Part shown: piece by piece, positions 53,816 through 63,486 of the stretch | How the letters are laid out: each line of letters starts with the position of its first letter | How positions within the stretch are numbered: the first letter of the stretch is position 1 | NCBI GenBank assembly: GCA_002352645.1 | Contig: DEIU01000004.1 | Coordinates: forward strand, 234-64,233 | Length of the DNA stretch: 64,000 nt | DNA from: Acidimicrobiia bacterium UBA2766 | GTDB taxonomy: Bacteria > Actinomycetota > Acidimicrobiia > UBA2766 | Reading direction: 5' to 3' | Notes under the pieces: model-generated | Told to the model about the DNA's origin: nothing | Database searches by the model: none | Seen by the model: only the letters and a program-made list of their open reading frames with translations | Made by a program: the position numbers and the translations under genes

Positions 53816-55224
53816 GGCTTCGTTTTGGTACCGACGGTATTCGTGGGGTAGCCAACACCGAGTTGTCTGCCAGTTTGTCGCTTGCTGTCGGTGAAATAGT
53901 TGGGCGGGTTCTCGTGGAAAGTTCTGCGAAAGACCCGCTCTTTCTTTTGACGAAACCTGCTTCTGCAGGGATTTTGCCGCTTGTTCTCATCGGAGAAGAC
54001 ACTCGTCGTTCTTCTCCGATGTTGCGTGCTGCGTTGTCGGCGGGACTGGCCGCGAATGGCGTGGATGTCGTGTCTCTCGGCGTTGTGCCTACGGGTGCTG
54101 TTGCCATTCTCGTGCGTGAGATGCACGCGATCGGTGGGGCAATGGTCTCTGCCTCGCACAATCCTTCTCGGGATAATGGCCTGAAATTTTTTGGCATGAG
54201 CGGGCAAAAACTCACAGACCCGCAACAAGCCCGTATTGAAGCAGAACTCGACAAAAGGCTGGACGGGCAGCCGGAGACAAGACCGGACACACCTGTTGTT
54301 GGCTCGCGCTTTCGGAATAGCGAGATCGGGATGGTGAGTGTCGATGACGGTCTGGTAGACAAGTATTTGCACGCGCTCCTGCAGAGTGTTGAGACTCCGC
54401 TATCTGGCCTCCGCGTGGTGATCGATGCCGCAAACGGTTCTGCTTTTCGTCTTGGGGCGCGGGTTTTACGCGAAGCTGGGGCAGAGGTTGAAACCTTGTT
54501 TGACGTGCCGGATGGCGGCAATATCAACGCCTCTTGCGGGGCGACAGCACCGCACTCTCTTGCGCGTGTTGTGGTCGATCGTGGGGCTGATATAGGTCTG
54601 GCGTTTGACGGGGATGCAGATCGCCTTATCGCTGTTGATGAACAGGGCGCTGTGGTCGATGGGGACGGTATCCTGGCAGTTCTCGCGCTGGCGTTGCATG
54701 AAAAGGGTACTTTGGGCGGCGATGCCATTGTCGCCACTGTCATGAGTAATGTCGGTCTTTCTCTGGCGCTGCGGTCATATGGGATTGGTGTGCGCGAGTG
54801 TGCGGTTGGTGACCGTAATGTTTTGCTTTCTCTGGAGAAAGAGGGGCTGTACCTTGGTGGTGAGCAGTCTGGGCACGTGATTTTTCGTCATTTGGCACCG
54901 ACGGGGTGTGGTTTGCTCACGGCCTTGCAATTGTGTCAAAGGGTAGTGATGGCGGGTGTTCCTCTGTCGGAGCTGTCAGGGGTGATGACGAAATATCCGC
55001 AGATATTGCGGAATGTCGATTTGGAAGACCGCGCGCGTTGTGACGAGGCAAAAGATTTTTGGCGTGAGGTAGAATCGGTACGGTCTGATCTGGGAGAGGT
55101 TGGGCGTCTTGTTGTCCGCCCTTCTGGGACCGAGCCAAAGCTCCGCATTATGGCGCAAGCACCTACTGAAGAGGCAGCAGAGGCGGCAGTCGCTCGCATT
55201 GAAGCTGCACTTGCTTATTTGTGA
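53812..55224 (+). CDS. glmM: Phosphoglucosamine mutase
   Basis: [14 protein letters not shown]...[16 protein letters not shown] (active-site Ser loop); GTG overlaps the rpsI stop. Confidence 0.85.
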   Translation: MRLRFGTDGIRGVANTELSASLSLAVGEIVGRVLVESSAKDPLFLLTKPASAGILPLVLIGEDTRRSSPMLRAALSAGLAANGVDVVSLGVVPTGAVAILVREMHAIGGAMVSASHNPSRDNGLKFFGMSGQKLTDPQQARIEAELDKRLDGQPETRPDTPVVGSRFRNSEIGMVSVDDGLVDKYLHALLQSVETPLSGLRVVIDAANGSAFRLGARVLREAGAEVETLFDVPDGGNINASCGATAPHSLARVVVDRGADIGLAFDGDADRLIAVDEQGAVVDGDGILAVLALALHEKGTLGGDAIVATVMSNVGLSLALRSYGIGVRECAVGDRNVLLSLEKEGLYLGGEQSGHVIFRHLAPTGCGLLTALQLCQRVVMAGVPLSELSGVMTKYPQILRNVDLEDRARCDEAKDFWREVESVRSDLGEVGRLVVRPSGTEPKLRIMAQAPTEEAAEAAVARIEAALAYL

Positions 55225-55540
55225 GAAGTCTTTTTCCGCTGTTCGGGTGGGGTGTAGTCTGCTTTTTCCCTGTTTTGTCTGCTGTTTGCGGGGTCTTCTG
55301 CTCTGGGTCCTCTTTTGTCCCCTTTTTCAGCATGAAAAGAGGGTATTCCCGTGAAATCGCCCCGTGGAAAGGCGGGTTTGCTTTTTTCCCGGTATTGTGG
55401 TGAGGGAACAGGATCGTAAGGTGTGGGGTGCAATCGGTGTTTTTGTACTACTGTACGGACTCCTGCATGCCGATCATGGAAGAGACGAGAAGAGAGCAGG
55501 GTGTGCGTACGTTGTTGTCGTACGTTGATGTTGTTGAAAA

Positions 55541-55735
55541 AAGCGCCTGACCTCTTTTAGAGGTGACGAGGAAGAAGGGGATTGAAAGACAGTTCTGACT
55601 GGCTTTCATATCGAAGATTCGGCGGGTGCCCCTCCGGCTTCCATGGGTCGTGACGGTTTCCGGTAAAACCGGGGAGTGATTCCCGAGACAAAACGGTGCC
55701 GATCGTGGTTTGTTGATCATGGTTTGATCATGATT
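55541..55735 (+). ncRNA. glmS ribozyme (GlcN6P-responsive self-cleaving riboswitch) in glmS 5' leader
   Basis: AGCGCC...GUGACGAGGA...AUCGAAGAUUCGGCGGGUGCCCCUCCGGCU...GGGGAGUGAUUCCC closely parallels the Bacillus glmS ribozyme core (..GACGGAGGA..AUCGAAUUUUCGGCGGAUGCCUCCCGGCU..GGGGGUGACUCCU..). It lies about 170 nt upstream of glmS. Confidence 0.65.
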
Positions 55736-55899
55736 AATGTCATGCTGGTTGGCTTGAGAGTTATGAGCCGATAAGTATGGGTTCTGGAACTCTGAAATTT
55801 CAGAGGAACCGTCCTGCTGCTCTACGCGTCTATTTGATGGAGACGCGCCGTCAACGTGTGTAGTCATCATGTGTTGGGAGCGTGTAGCGAGGAGAGAGC

Positions 55900-57741
55900 A
55901 TGTGCGGCATTGTTGGTTTTGTGGGCGAGAAGCCCGCTCTGCCTGTCCTGCTTGATGGTCTGTCGCGTCTGGAGTACCGAGGGTACGATTCCGCAGGAGT
56001 TACCCTGCAGGGAAATGCTGGACTCCGGACAGTTCGAACAGTTGGAAAAATTGCTGACCTTGTGGGAAGTCCTGACTTGGCAGGCCTGCATGGGACAACA
56101 GGTCTTGGTCACACGCGTTGGGCAACGCACGGAAAGCCAAGTGAGGAGAATGCCCACCCGCACAGTGATGGCAAAGAATCGCTTGTCATTGTGCACAACG
56201 GGATCATTGAGAATCATCATGAGCTCCGGGCTGATCTGATTGGTCAAGGGGTATCTTTTCGTAGCCAGACCGATTCGGAAGTGATTGCTCATCTTTTGGG
56301 ATGTCGTCAGATAAAGCACCCAGAAGAAGATCTTGTTGAGGCTGTGCGGGCGGTGATGCGCCAACTTGACGGAACGTTTGCTTTGGGGGTGATGTCAGCC
56401 CGTTTTCCTGGTGTGCTGGTCGGTGTCCGTCGTGTGGCTCCACTTATTGTGGGTATGGCGCAAGACTGCGCGCTTTTGGCCTCCGATATTCCTGCCATCT
56501 TGGCGGAGACTCGCGAGGTGGTTGTTCTGGAAGACGACCAGATTGTGGAGCTGACGACACAGGGAATTCGTCTTGTCGATGCTGAGGGCGAAGAACTGCC
56601 TGTGCGCACGAAGACGATTGCGTGGGATTTGGCTGCGGCAGAACGTGGAGGCTATGAGCATTTCATGCTGAAAGAGATCCACGAGCAACCGCAGGCTATT
56701 GCAGATACTTTGCGCGGTCGGATTGATCTTGCTTCAGGAAGACTTTTGCTCGACGAGCTGCGTATTGGCGATGAGGGGATACGCCAGATTGACAAGGTGT
56801 TCGTGGTGGGTTGTGGGACAAGTTACCACGCTGGGCTTGTGGCAAAGTATGCCATTGAACACTGGGCCAGGCTCCCCGTGGAGATTGATATTGCGTCGGA
56901 GTTCCGGTATCGAGATCCAGTTCTTGACGCGCAAACTCTTGTTGTGGGAGTGAGCCAGTCTGGCGAGACAATCGACACGATTGCTGCTTTGCGGTATGCC
57001 AAGGATTTACAGGCGAAGACGGTGTCAGTGACGAATGTCGTGGATTCCACGATGTCGCGCGAAACAGACATGGTGATTTATACCCATGCTGGTCCAGAAA
57101 TTGGCGTGGCGGCAACAAAAACCTTTACCGCGCAGATTGCTGCGCTTGAGCTTTTTGCTTTGTATCTTGCCCAGTCGCTGCAGCGGCTTTACCCAGCGGA
57201 AGTGCGTGATCTTCTGCATCAAATGCAACATGTGCCTTCTCAGATCTCTGAGGTTTTTTCGCTTGATGAGGCGATTCTGGAGGAGGCGAAGACCTGGGCT
57301 GATGTTTCTGATGCCTTCTTCCTTGGAAGGGGATCTTCGTATCCCACGGCGCTGGAGGGTGCGCTCAAAATGAAGGAGATCTCCTATTTACACGCTGAAG
57401 GTTATGCCTCGGGAGAATTGAAACATGGCCCACTGGCCTTGATTGAAGAGGATGTTCCTGTGGTCGCAGTCGCCACAGATTCGCGTGTCAGCGCGAAGAC
57501 CCTCTCAAATGTGGCGGAAGTTGAGGCTCGTGGTGGCCGTATCATCATGATTCGGAATGTGGGCAGTGATGATTTTGGTCTTTCCCCGGACACGCTCTTT
57601 GAAGTGCCTGCGACGCATGAGCTGTTCGCGCCCATGATTGACAGCGTTGTTTTACAGCTTCTTTCTTATCATGTCGCGACTTTGCGAGGATGCAATGTTG
57701 ACAAGCCTCGCAATCTTGCGAAAACCGTAACTGTGGAATAA
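55900..57741 (+). CDS. glmS: Glutamine--fructose-6-phosphate aminotransferase
   Basis: MCGIVGFVGEKPA... (N-terminal Cys nucleophile), two SIS domains, C-terminal ...VDKPRNLAKTVTVE. Confidence 0.9.
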   Translation: MCGIVGFVGEKPALPVLLDGLSRLEYRGYDSAGVTLQGNAGLRTVRTVGKIADLVGSPDLAGLHGTTGLGHTRWATHGKPSEENAHPHSDGKESLVIVHNGIIENHHELRADLIGQGVSFRSQTDSEVIAHLLGCRQIKHPEEDLVEAVRAVMRQLDGTFALGVMSARFPGVLVGVRRVAPLIVGMAQDCALLASDIPAILAETREVVVLEDDQIVELTTQGIRLVDAEGEELPVRTKTIAWDLAAAERGGYEHFMLKEIHEQPQAIADTLRGRIDLASGRLLLDELRIGDEGIRQIDKVFVVGCGTSYHAGLVAKYAIEHWARLPVEIDIASEFRYRDPVLDAQTLVVGVSQSGETIDTIAALRYAKDLQAKTVSVTNVVDSTMSRETDMVIYTHAGPEIGVAATKTFTAQIAALELFALYLAQSLQRLYPAEVRDLLHQMQHVPSQISEVFSLDEAILEEAKTWADVSDAFFLGRGSSYPTALEGALKMKEISYLHAEGYASGELKHGPLALIEEDVPVVAVATDSRVSAKTLSNVAEVEARGGRIIMIRNVGSDDFGLSPDTLFEVPATHELFAPMIDSVVLQLLSYHVATLRGCNVDKPRNLAKTVTVE

Positions 57742-57757
57742 AGAACTGTGGAGTAAA

Positions 57758-57795
57758 GGAGGAGGACAGGCCCAGGCCTGTCCTCCTCCTTCTGG
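57758..57795 (+). terminator. GC-rich hairpin terminator after glmS
   Basis: GGAGGAGGACAGG-CCCAGG-CCTGTCCTCCTCC then TTCTGG. Confidence 0.45.
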
Positions 57796-57981
57796 TGATG
57801 TGGGACTGGTGATGTGGGAAAAGAGTCGCGAAAAAGTTCCTTGCAGACCAGAGGGAGAAGAGGCCGGAGAAGGGACTGAAGGCAGGGCTCAGGAAGAATT
57901 GTAAGAGAACTACAAGGTGTAAGTGGTTCTTTTGTAAAAGCCTATTTTTCTTTTCGGAAGGGGGAATGTGAGAATTCCAGG

Positions 57982-59625
57982 ATGAATCTTGCCTCTTCTG
58001 TGTTCGAGCGAAATCCGCGTCAACATACGGCAGTATTGCGTCCGGCCCGTATGGCCGCAGCCGATCGTGCTGCAATCGCGGCAGGCACACCGGGTCGCGA
58101 ACTGATGGAGCGAGCGGGTGGTGCCTGCACTCGGGTTGCTGTGCGCCAGGCAGGGGGAATTGGGGGCGCACGTTTTCTTGTGCTTGCCGGTCCTGGGAAT
58201 AACGGTGGGGACGGATTTGTCGTTGCCCGTCGTTTACGTGAGCAACGTGGCGCGGTGCGTTGTCTTTTTGTGGGTGATCCTCATGAGATACGAGGAGATG
58301 CTGCACTGCATGCTGATCTGATGCGTAGATCTGGTGTGCCTTTGTCGGTCGTTGACGGACAGAGCGCGCTTCCACCTGCTGATGTTGTGGTTGATGCTCT
58401 TTTCGGGACAGGGTTTCGTGGGGCGTTGACGGGTGCTGCTGCGGCTTTGGTCGATCGGCTTTCCCTGCTTCCCGAGAGTGTTCGAGTCGTGTCGGTTGAT
58501 ATGCCTTCTGGAGTGAATGGAAGGACGGGAGAGGTTTTGGGCCCTGTTGTGCGTGCCAATTGCACAGTGGCAGTACAAGCGTTGAAGCCTGGCCTTTTGC
58601 TGGGGGAAGGGGCAGAGCGGGCTGGAGAAATACATTGTGTGGATATTGGGATTCCTCTCCCGGAGCGTCCGGATGCCTGGTGTGCTGATCTGTCTACTGC
58701 GGTGAGTGCTGTACCGTTGCGTGGGGTTTCTGCTCATAAATGGCAGGCAGCTGTCTTGGTGATCGGGGGGTCTACGGGCATGACAGGTGCCCCGCAACTT
58801 GCTGCTCGTGCTGCTTTTCGTGCGGGCGCCGGCCTTGTGACCCTGGCTACCGCGCGTGTGGTGTCTGAAATCGTGCAGATGGGCACACCAGAAGTGATGA
58901 CTGTTGCTTTGCCGGACGATGGGTCTGGGATAGGGCCAGGTGCTGACCAGTTTTTACGGGAACGTATACCGTTTGCCAGATATGGTGCGCTTGCTCTCGG
59001 AATGGGTTTAGGTCGCGCGGGCCATCTTCGAGCATTCGTGCAGTCGGTCTTGGCTGCTTCTCCCAATCCTGTTGTGTTGGACGCTGATGGTCTGAACGCG
59101 TTGAGACCGGATGATCTTGTTGCGGCGCGTGCTCCTCTTGTGCTTACTCCGCACGTAGGAGAGTTGGCTCGACTTGGGTGCGAGATTGGCGATGCTGCGG
59201 ATCGTCTTGAAAAGGTACAGGCCGCGGCGCAGGCATGGGGGTCGGTCCTGCTTGCGAAGGGACCGGTCACGATTGTGGCAGCCCCGGGAGCTGTGCCAGT
59301 GTTTTGTACGTCTGGTACTTCTGACTTGGGAACTGCAGGGTCGGGAGATGTGTTGAGTGGGGTTATTGCAGCGTATATTGCTCGTGGGGCTTCTTTGCAG
59401 GATGCTGCGGTTGCCGGTGCATGCGTGCATGGTCGGGCAGGTTGGCGTGCGGCGACTCGGGGGGAGAGCCGGACGATGGAGCATTCTGTAGGGGTTGGGA
59501 TACGACCTGGTTTTTCTCCTCTTTCCCGTGCTGTTTTTCGCCCTGTTGCCCGATGGATTGTGGCAGGGGATGTGATTGAGGAACTTGGGAGCGCGGAAAT
59601 GCAATTGCGCGAGTGCACGGGGTGA
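57982..59625 (+). CDS. nnr: Bifunctional NAD(P)H-hydrate epimerase / ADP-dependent NAD(P)H-hydrate dehydratase (YjeF_N + YjeF_C)
   Basis: LAGPGNNGGDGFVVARRL (YjeF_N) and GSGDVLSGVIAAYIARG (carbohydrate-kinase-like C domain). Confidence 0.75.
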   Translation: MNLASSVFERNPRQHTAVLRPARMAAADRAAIAAGTPGRELMERAGGACTRVAVRQAGGIGGARFLVLAGPGNNGGDGFVVARRLREQRGAVRCLFVGDPHEIRGDAALHADLMRRSGVPLSVVDGQSALPPADVVVDALFGTGFRGALTGAAAALVDRLSLLPESVRVVSVDMPSGVNGRTGEVLGPVVRANCTVAVQALKPGLLLGEGAERAGEIHCVDIGIPLPERPDAWCADLSTAVSAVPLRGVSAHKWQAAVLVIGGSTGMTGAPQLAARAAFRAGAGLVTLATARVVSEIVQMGTPEVMTVALPDDGSGIGPGADQFLRERIPFARYGALALGMGLGRAGHLRAFVQSVLAASPNPVVLDADGLNALRPDDLVAARAPLVLTPHVGELARLGCEIGDAADRLEKVQAAAQAWGSVLLAKGPVTIVAAPGAVPVFCTSGTSDLGTAGSGDVLSGVIAAYIARGASLQDAAVAGACVHGRAGWRAATRGESRTMEHSVGVGIRPGFSPLSRAVFRPVARWIVAGDVIEELGSAEMQLRECTG

Positions 59626-59651
59626 ATGGTGTGGATGTGTCTGGTTCTTTG

Positions 59652-60779
59652 ATGGGTACGAGGCGTTTTCGTCCGTCGTGGTTGACTATTGACGATGGCG
59701 CGTTGAAACGCAATATCACAAAGTTGTGTTCTCTCGCTGGTGATGCGCGCTATTGCGCCATTGTGAAGGCGAATGCCTATGGGCATGGAGCACTTCGTGT
59801 GGCAGAGGCTGCAGTGGAGTGTGGTGCGGGCATGCTGGGAGTTGCCACTCTGGAAGAAGCTGTCGAGTTGCGGGAGGGGGGGATTGATGCGCCAATTTTA
59901 TTGTTATCTGAGCCTTCGGAGGAGGTTTTGGCGGATCCTTATTCTCCGCTGCTTTCCTATGGGATAGAAACAACGGTGTATTCAGAAGTGGGGATTGTGG
60001 CGCTGGATGGGGCTGCGTGTGCGCATGGCACTGTCGCTCCTGTCCACCTCAAGGTGAATACAGGGATGAATCGAGTGGGTGTGCAGCCTGAGTATGTGTT
60101 GGCGTTGGCGAAGCGGATTGTCGTGGGGGAAGGGCTGCGTTTGGCGGGGGTTTGTTCTCATTTCGCAATGGCGGATACACCAGATGATTCCTTTACTTTG
60201 TTGCAGGCTGATCGTTTTGATGCTGCTTTGGATTTGTTGGCAAGCGAGGGAATCTCGACGGGCGTCCGGCATCTTGCCAATTCTGCGGGCTTGCTTTCTG
60301 ATCCAGTGAGATATCGATACGATATGGTGCGATGTGGGATAGCCCAGTATGGTTTCTCGCCAAGTGCGGCATTAGCCGGGCGTCTTTGTTTGGAGCCTGT
60401 GCTTTCTTTGCGGTCGCGGCTTGCTTTTGTGCGCCGGTTGCGCGCGGGGGAGGGGATCTCCTATGGCCACCAACATGTCGTTGACCGTTCTACTTGGATT
60501 GGGACAGTGCCACTTGGGTATGCGGACGGTGTGCTCCGCTCTTTGTCGGGGCGAGTGAATGTGCTGGTGAGAGGAGTGCCGAGGCCGATTGTGGGGAATA
60601 TCACGATGGATCAATTCATGGTGGATTTGGGGGAAGCAGGGGGAGATGTTGGTGATGAGGTTGTTTTGTTGGGAAGGCAAGGGGAGGTGGAGATTACGGC
60701 GCAGGACTGGGCGCTTGCGCTAGATACGATTTCGTATGAAATCCTTTGTGGGATAGGGGAGCGTGTGCCGCGCGAGTAG
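59652..60779 (+). CDS. alr: Alanine racemase
   Basis: PLP-lysine motif AIVKANAYGHG; start at Met14 of ORF 59613..60779. Confidence 0.8.
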   Translation: MGTRRFRPSWLTIDDGALKRNITKLCSLAGDARYCAIVKANAYGHGALRVAEAAVECGAGMLGVATLEEAVELREGGIDAPILLLSEPSEEVLADPYSPLLSYGIETTVYSEVGIVALDGAACAHGTVAPVHLKVNTGMNRVGVQPEYVLALAKRIVVGEGLRLAGVCSHFAMADTPDDSFTLLQADRFDAALDLLASEGISTGVRHLANSAGLLSDPVRYRYDMVRCGIAQYGFSPSAALAGRLCLEPVLSLRSRLAFVRRLRAGEGISYGHQHVVDRSTWIGTVPLGYADGVLRSLSGRVNVLVRGVPRPIVGNITMDQFMVDLGEAGGDVGDEVVLLGRQGEVEITAQDWALALDTISYEILCGIGERVPRE

Positions 60780-60792
60780 GGGAAGATATGTT

Positions 60793-61845
60793 GTGAGAGA
60801 GATTTGTGCCGGAGTTCTCACCTCTGGGATAAAGGTTGGTCACTGGACACACCCTGATATTTCTACTGGGGTGACCGTTGTGGTTCCGTCTGTACGCGGA
60901 GTGTGTGCTGTTGATGTGAGCGGGGGATCTCCGGCGACGCGAGAAACTGATCTTTTGGCTTCTTGGCGACGTGTCGATCGCGTGGATGCCATTGTTTTTT
61001 CCGGTGGATCTGCATATGGGCTTGGTGCAGCGCATAGCGTGATGTTGGCGCTGGCGGCACAAGGGCAGGGTCATCGGACTTCTTATGGTTTTGTACCTAT
61101 TGTTCCTGCGGCCTGCATTTACGATTTATTTTTTGCAGGAGTAGATGAAAACAGTGTTCCCCGGCACCCGCCAGTTGACGCGGGCAAAGCAGCCTTTGCC
61201 GCTGCGACTTCTTCGCCTGAATGGGGATGTGTAGGCGCAGGTGCAGGGGCAACAGTAGGAAAAACCTTAGGGTTTCGATCGGCCATGAAATCGGGGATAG
61301 GTGCGGCTGCACTTCTTTTTGACGGTCAGAATTTCGCAGCCGATAGTGCCTGTGCCGAAGTAAATGGTGGGCACGATTTGGCCCTTGGGGCTATTGCAGT
61401 TGTGAACCCAGTGGGAGACGTTGTTGAAGATGATGGTGCTGTGATTGCAGGTTGCCGTGCTTCTTCTTATATCCAAGCAAAAGCGTCCTGGGATAGTTTC
61501 CGGTCACAAGAGCGAGAAAACACTACTCTCGTTGTGGTGACCACGAACGCGGTTCTTGACGCAGCCGCTTGTTATGCTTTGGCGCGTACCGCTCAAGATG
61601 GGATTGGGCGTGCCGTGCGTCCTGCGCATACGCGTTATGACGGGGATGTGGTCTTTGCCTTGTCGACAGCGGACCTTTCCCGGACAGATGGTTTCTCCCA
61701 CAAGCTTGTGGATAAAGCGGTGAATGAAAGCGCGGACCGTCTCGTTTCTCAGGTGCCAGATGTTGTTGGTGCTGCTGTGCGTCATGCTGTACGTTCTGCC
61801 ACCTCAGTCGAGAGCATGCCGAGTGTGCATCTCCAGAAGAAGTGA
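60793..61845 (+). CDS. P1/S58-family (DmpA/L-aminopeptidase-like) peptidase
   Basis: KVGHWTH...TGVTVVVP...FSGGSAYGLGAA pattern of the DmpA/ArgJ-like Ntn-hydrolase family; GTG start chosen just after the alr stop. Confidence 0.6.
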   Translation: MREICAGVLTSGIKVGHWTHPDISTGVTVVVPSVRGVCAVDVSGGSPATRETDLLASWRRVDRVDAIVFSGGSAYGLGAAHSVMLALAAQGQGHRTSYGFVPIVPAACIYDLFFAGVDENSVPRHPPVDAGKAAFAAATSSPEWGCVGAGAGATVGKTLGFRSAMKSGIGAAALLFDGQNFAADSACAEVNGGHDLALGAIAVVNPVGDVVEDDGAVIAGCRASSYIQAKASWDSFRSQERENTTLVVVTTNAVLDAAACYALARTAQDGIGRAVRPAHTRYDGDVVFALSTADLSRTDGFSHKLVDKAVNESADRLVSQVPDVVGAAVRHAVRSATSVESMPSVHLQKK

Positions 61846-62032
61846 TTCTGGGTGGAAATGTGCGGCAGGTTGGCGTTTACAGAGGCTCACTACAGAGATT
61901 TTTCAGATTGTGTGTTGGCCGAAGATTATTTTGTGGCGGTCGAGTAAATCAGGATGCCGGCTTTCCCGAATGCTCCGAACGGCATGAGTAGAGAATCTGG
62001 TTTGCGCAGGCCGAAGGGCAGATATCAGGAAT

Positions 62033-62863
62033 GTGAAAATGGATGTTACTGACGCTTTTGCATGGCTGGCTGAGAAGGCTGGGAGTTGTACACGCTGCAC
62101 ACTCTCGCAAACCCGTACGAATGTGGTATTTGGTGATGGCAGTCCAACAGCCGATTTGATGTTTGTGGGTGAAGCACCCGGGCAAAAAGAGGACGAACAA
62201 GGAATTCCCTTTGTTGGTCGATCAGGCCAACTTCTGAACAAACTTGCGACGGAAGTGGGCATTACCCGTTCTGAAATCTACATAGCGAATGTGTTGAAGT
62301 GCCGACCTCCTGCAAATCGTAATCCACTTCCCGAAGAAATTCAGGCATGTACACCTTTTTTGGACCGTCAGATTCGGTTTATTAAACCTGCTGTCATTGT
62401 GCCGCTTGGGAATTTTGCAACGAAGTATTTGCTTGAAGAAAAGCAGGGTATTACTCGTTTACGCGGCCAATGTTTTCCCTGGCGCGGTGCTGTGGTGATT
62501 CCGACTTTCCACCCTTCGGCGGCAATTCGACCAGGGGGCGGGGCGAGACTCGCGGACATGCGGCGCGACTTCGCTTTGATTCGACGTACCATCGATGCAG
62601 CGCGTCATCGGACGAAGGAGCAGTCTGACTCTTATTCGAGAGACGCGCATGGGGAGTCTCTTTTGGCGTCTCCCCATGACCAATCAGAAATGACAAGAGA
62701 CAAGGAGGCTGTGAGCTTGTCTGGTGAGACAAATGCCAGTGAGCCCATGGCTTCGTCCCTGTCTCCTGTAGTGACGCCTGTCGATGTTGATCTCACCGTG
62801 CCGACGGCGCCCGACACGCCGGTGGAGGCATCACGCCATGCTGGACAGCTGGGACTGTTCTAA
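62033..62863 (+). CDS. Family-4 uracil-DNA glycosylase (4Fe-4S type) with ~80-aa low-complexity C-terminal tail
   Basis: GSCTRCTLSQTRTNVVFGDGSPTADLMFVGEAPGQKEDEQGIPFVGRSGQLL...LKCRPP...FHPS. Confidence 0.75.
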   Translation: MKMDVTDAFAWLAEKAGSCTRCTLSQTRTNVVFGDGSPTADLMFVGEAPGQKEDEQGIPFVGRSGQLLNKLATEVGITRSEIYIANVLKCRPPANRNPLPEEIQACTPFLDRQIRFIKPAVIVPLGNFATKYLLEEKQGITRLRGQCFPWRGAVVIPTFHPSAAIRPGGGARLADMRRDFALIRRTIDAARHRTKEQSDSYSRDAHGESLLASPHDQSEMTRDKEAVSLSGETNASEPMASSLSPVVTPVDVDLTVPTAPDTPVEASRHAGQLGLF

Positions 62864-63431
62864 TCAATTGCACCTGACAAGTTCTTCTTGCGACGCCACT
62901 ATTGCGTTGGGGCGGATGCTTGGAAGTCTTTTCGAACCTGGAGATATCGTGATCTTGGGCGGAGAGCTTGGTGCGGGCAAAACTGCATTTGCATCAGGTG
63001 TCGCTGCTGCATTCGATGTTGAGGACATTGTGTGGAGCCCTACATTTGTTTTGTGCAGAGAGCTGGCCGGAAAGGAAAAACTGCTTCATTTGGATCTGTA
63101 CCGGCTCGATACTTTGGGAGAACTCGAAGATCTCGGTCTGTCGGAACTGATCGACTCAGGAGCGATTTTGCTCGTGGAGTGGGGAGACGTTGCTGCTCCT
63201 GTGTTTGGGGCGCAACGTTTGGAGGTCTCGTTTCATTACCCGCCGGAAACAGTCACCCCAGATGAAGTGCATGCGGAAAACTCCAGTCAGGATCTCGCGC
63301 TTTTTTTGGGAGAACCGTGGGAAACGCGCCGCTTGTTGGGTCTTCGGTCCTATGGTTCTGCTTGGCAAAGGCGCTGGGGGGAGATTGCGAAAAAAGTGGA
63401 AGAATGGCAAGGCCTATGGCGCGTGCAGTGA
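62835..63431 (+). CDS. tsaE: tRNA threonylcarbamoyladenosine biosynthesis protein TsaE (YjeE)
   Basis: DATIALGRMLGSLFEPGDIVILGGELGAGKTAFASG...LDLYRL; start inside ORF 62784..63431 and overlaps the UDG 3' end. Confidence 0.7.
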   Translation, partial: AMLDSWDCSNQLHLTSSSCDATIALGRMLGSLFEPGDIVILGGELGAGKTAFASGVAAAFDVEDIVWSPTFVLCRELAGKEKLLHLDLYRLDTLGELEDLGLSELIDSGAILLVEWGDVAAPVFGAQRLEVSFHYPPETVTPDEVHAENSSQDLALFLGEPWETRRLLGLRSYGSAWQRRWGEIAKKVEEWQGLWRVQ

Positions 63432-63486
63432 AAACAGATGTTTTGTCAGCTTGGATACAGATGTTGTGGGAGCTTGGAGGTGAAGC

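Noticed and set aside
53505-54743. 412-aa minus-strand ORF
   Set aside because: Antisense to rpsI/glmM; Ser/Pro/Thr/Arg-rich low complexity typical of antisense frames.
58734-59786. 350-aa minus-strand ORF
   Set aside because: Antisense to nnr/alr; Pro/Arg/Thr-rich, no motif.
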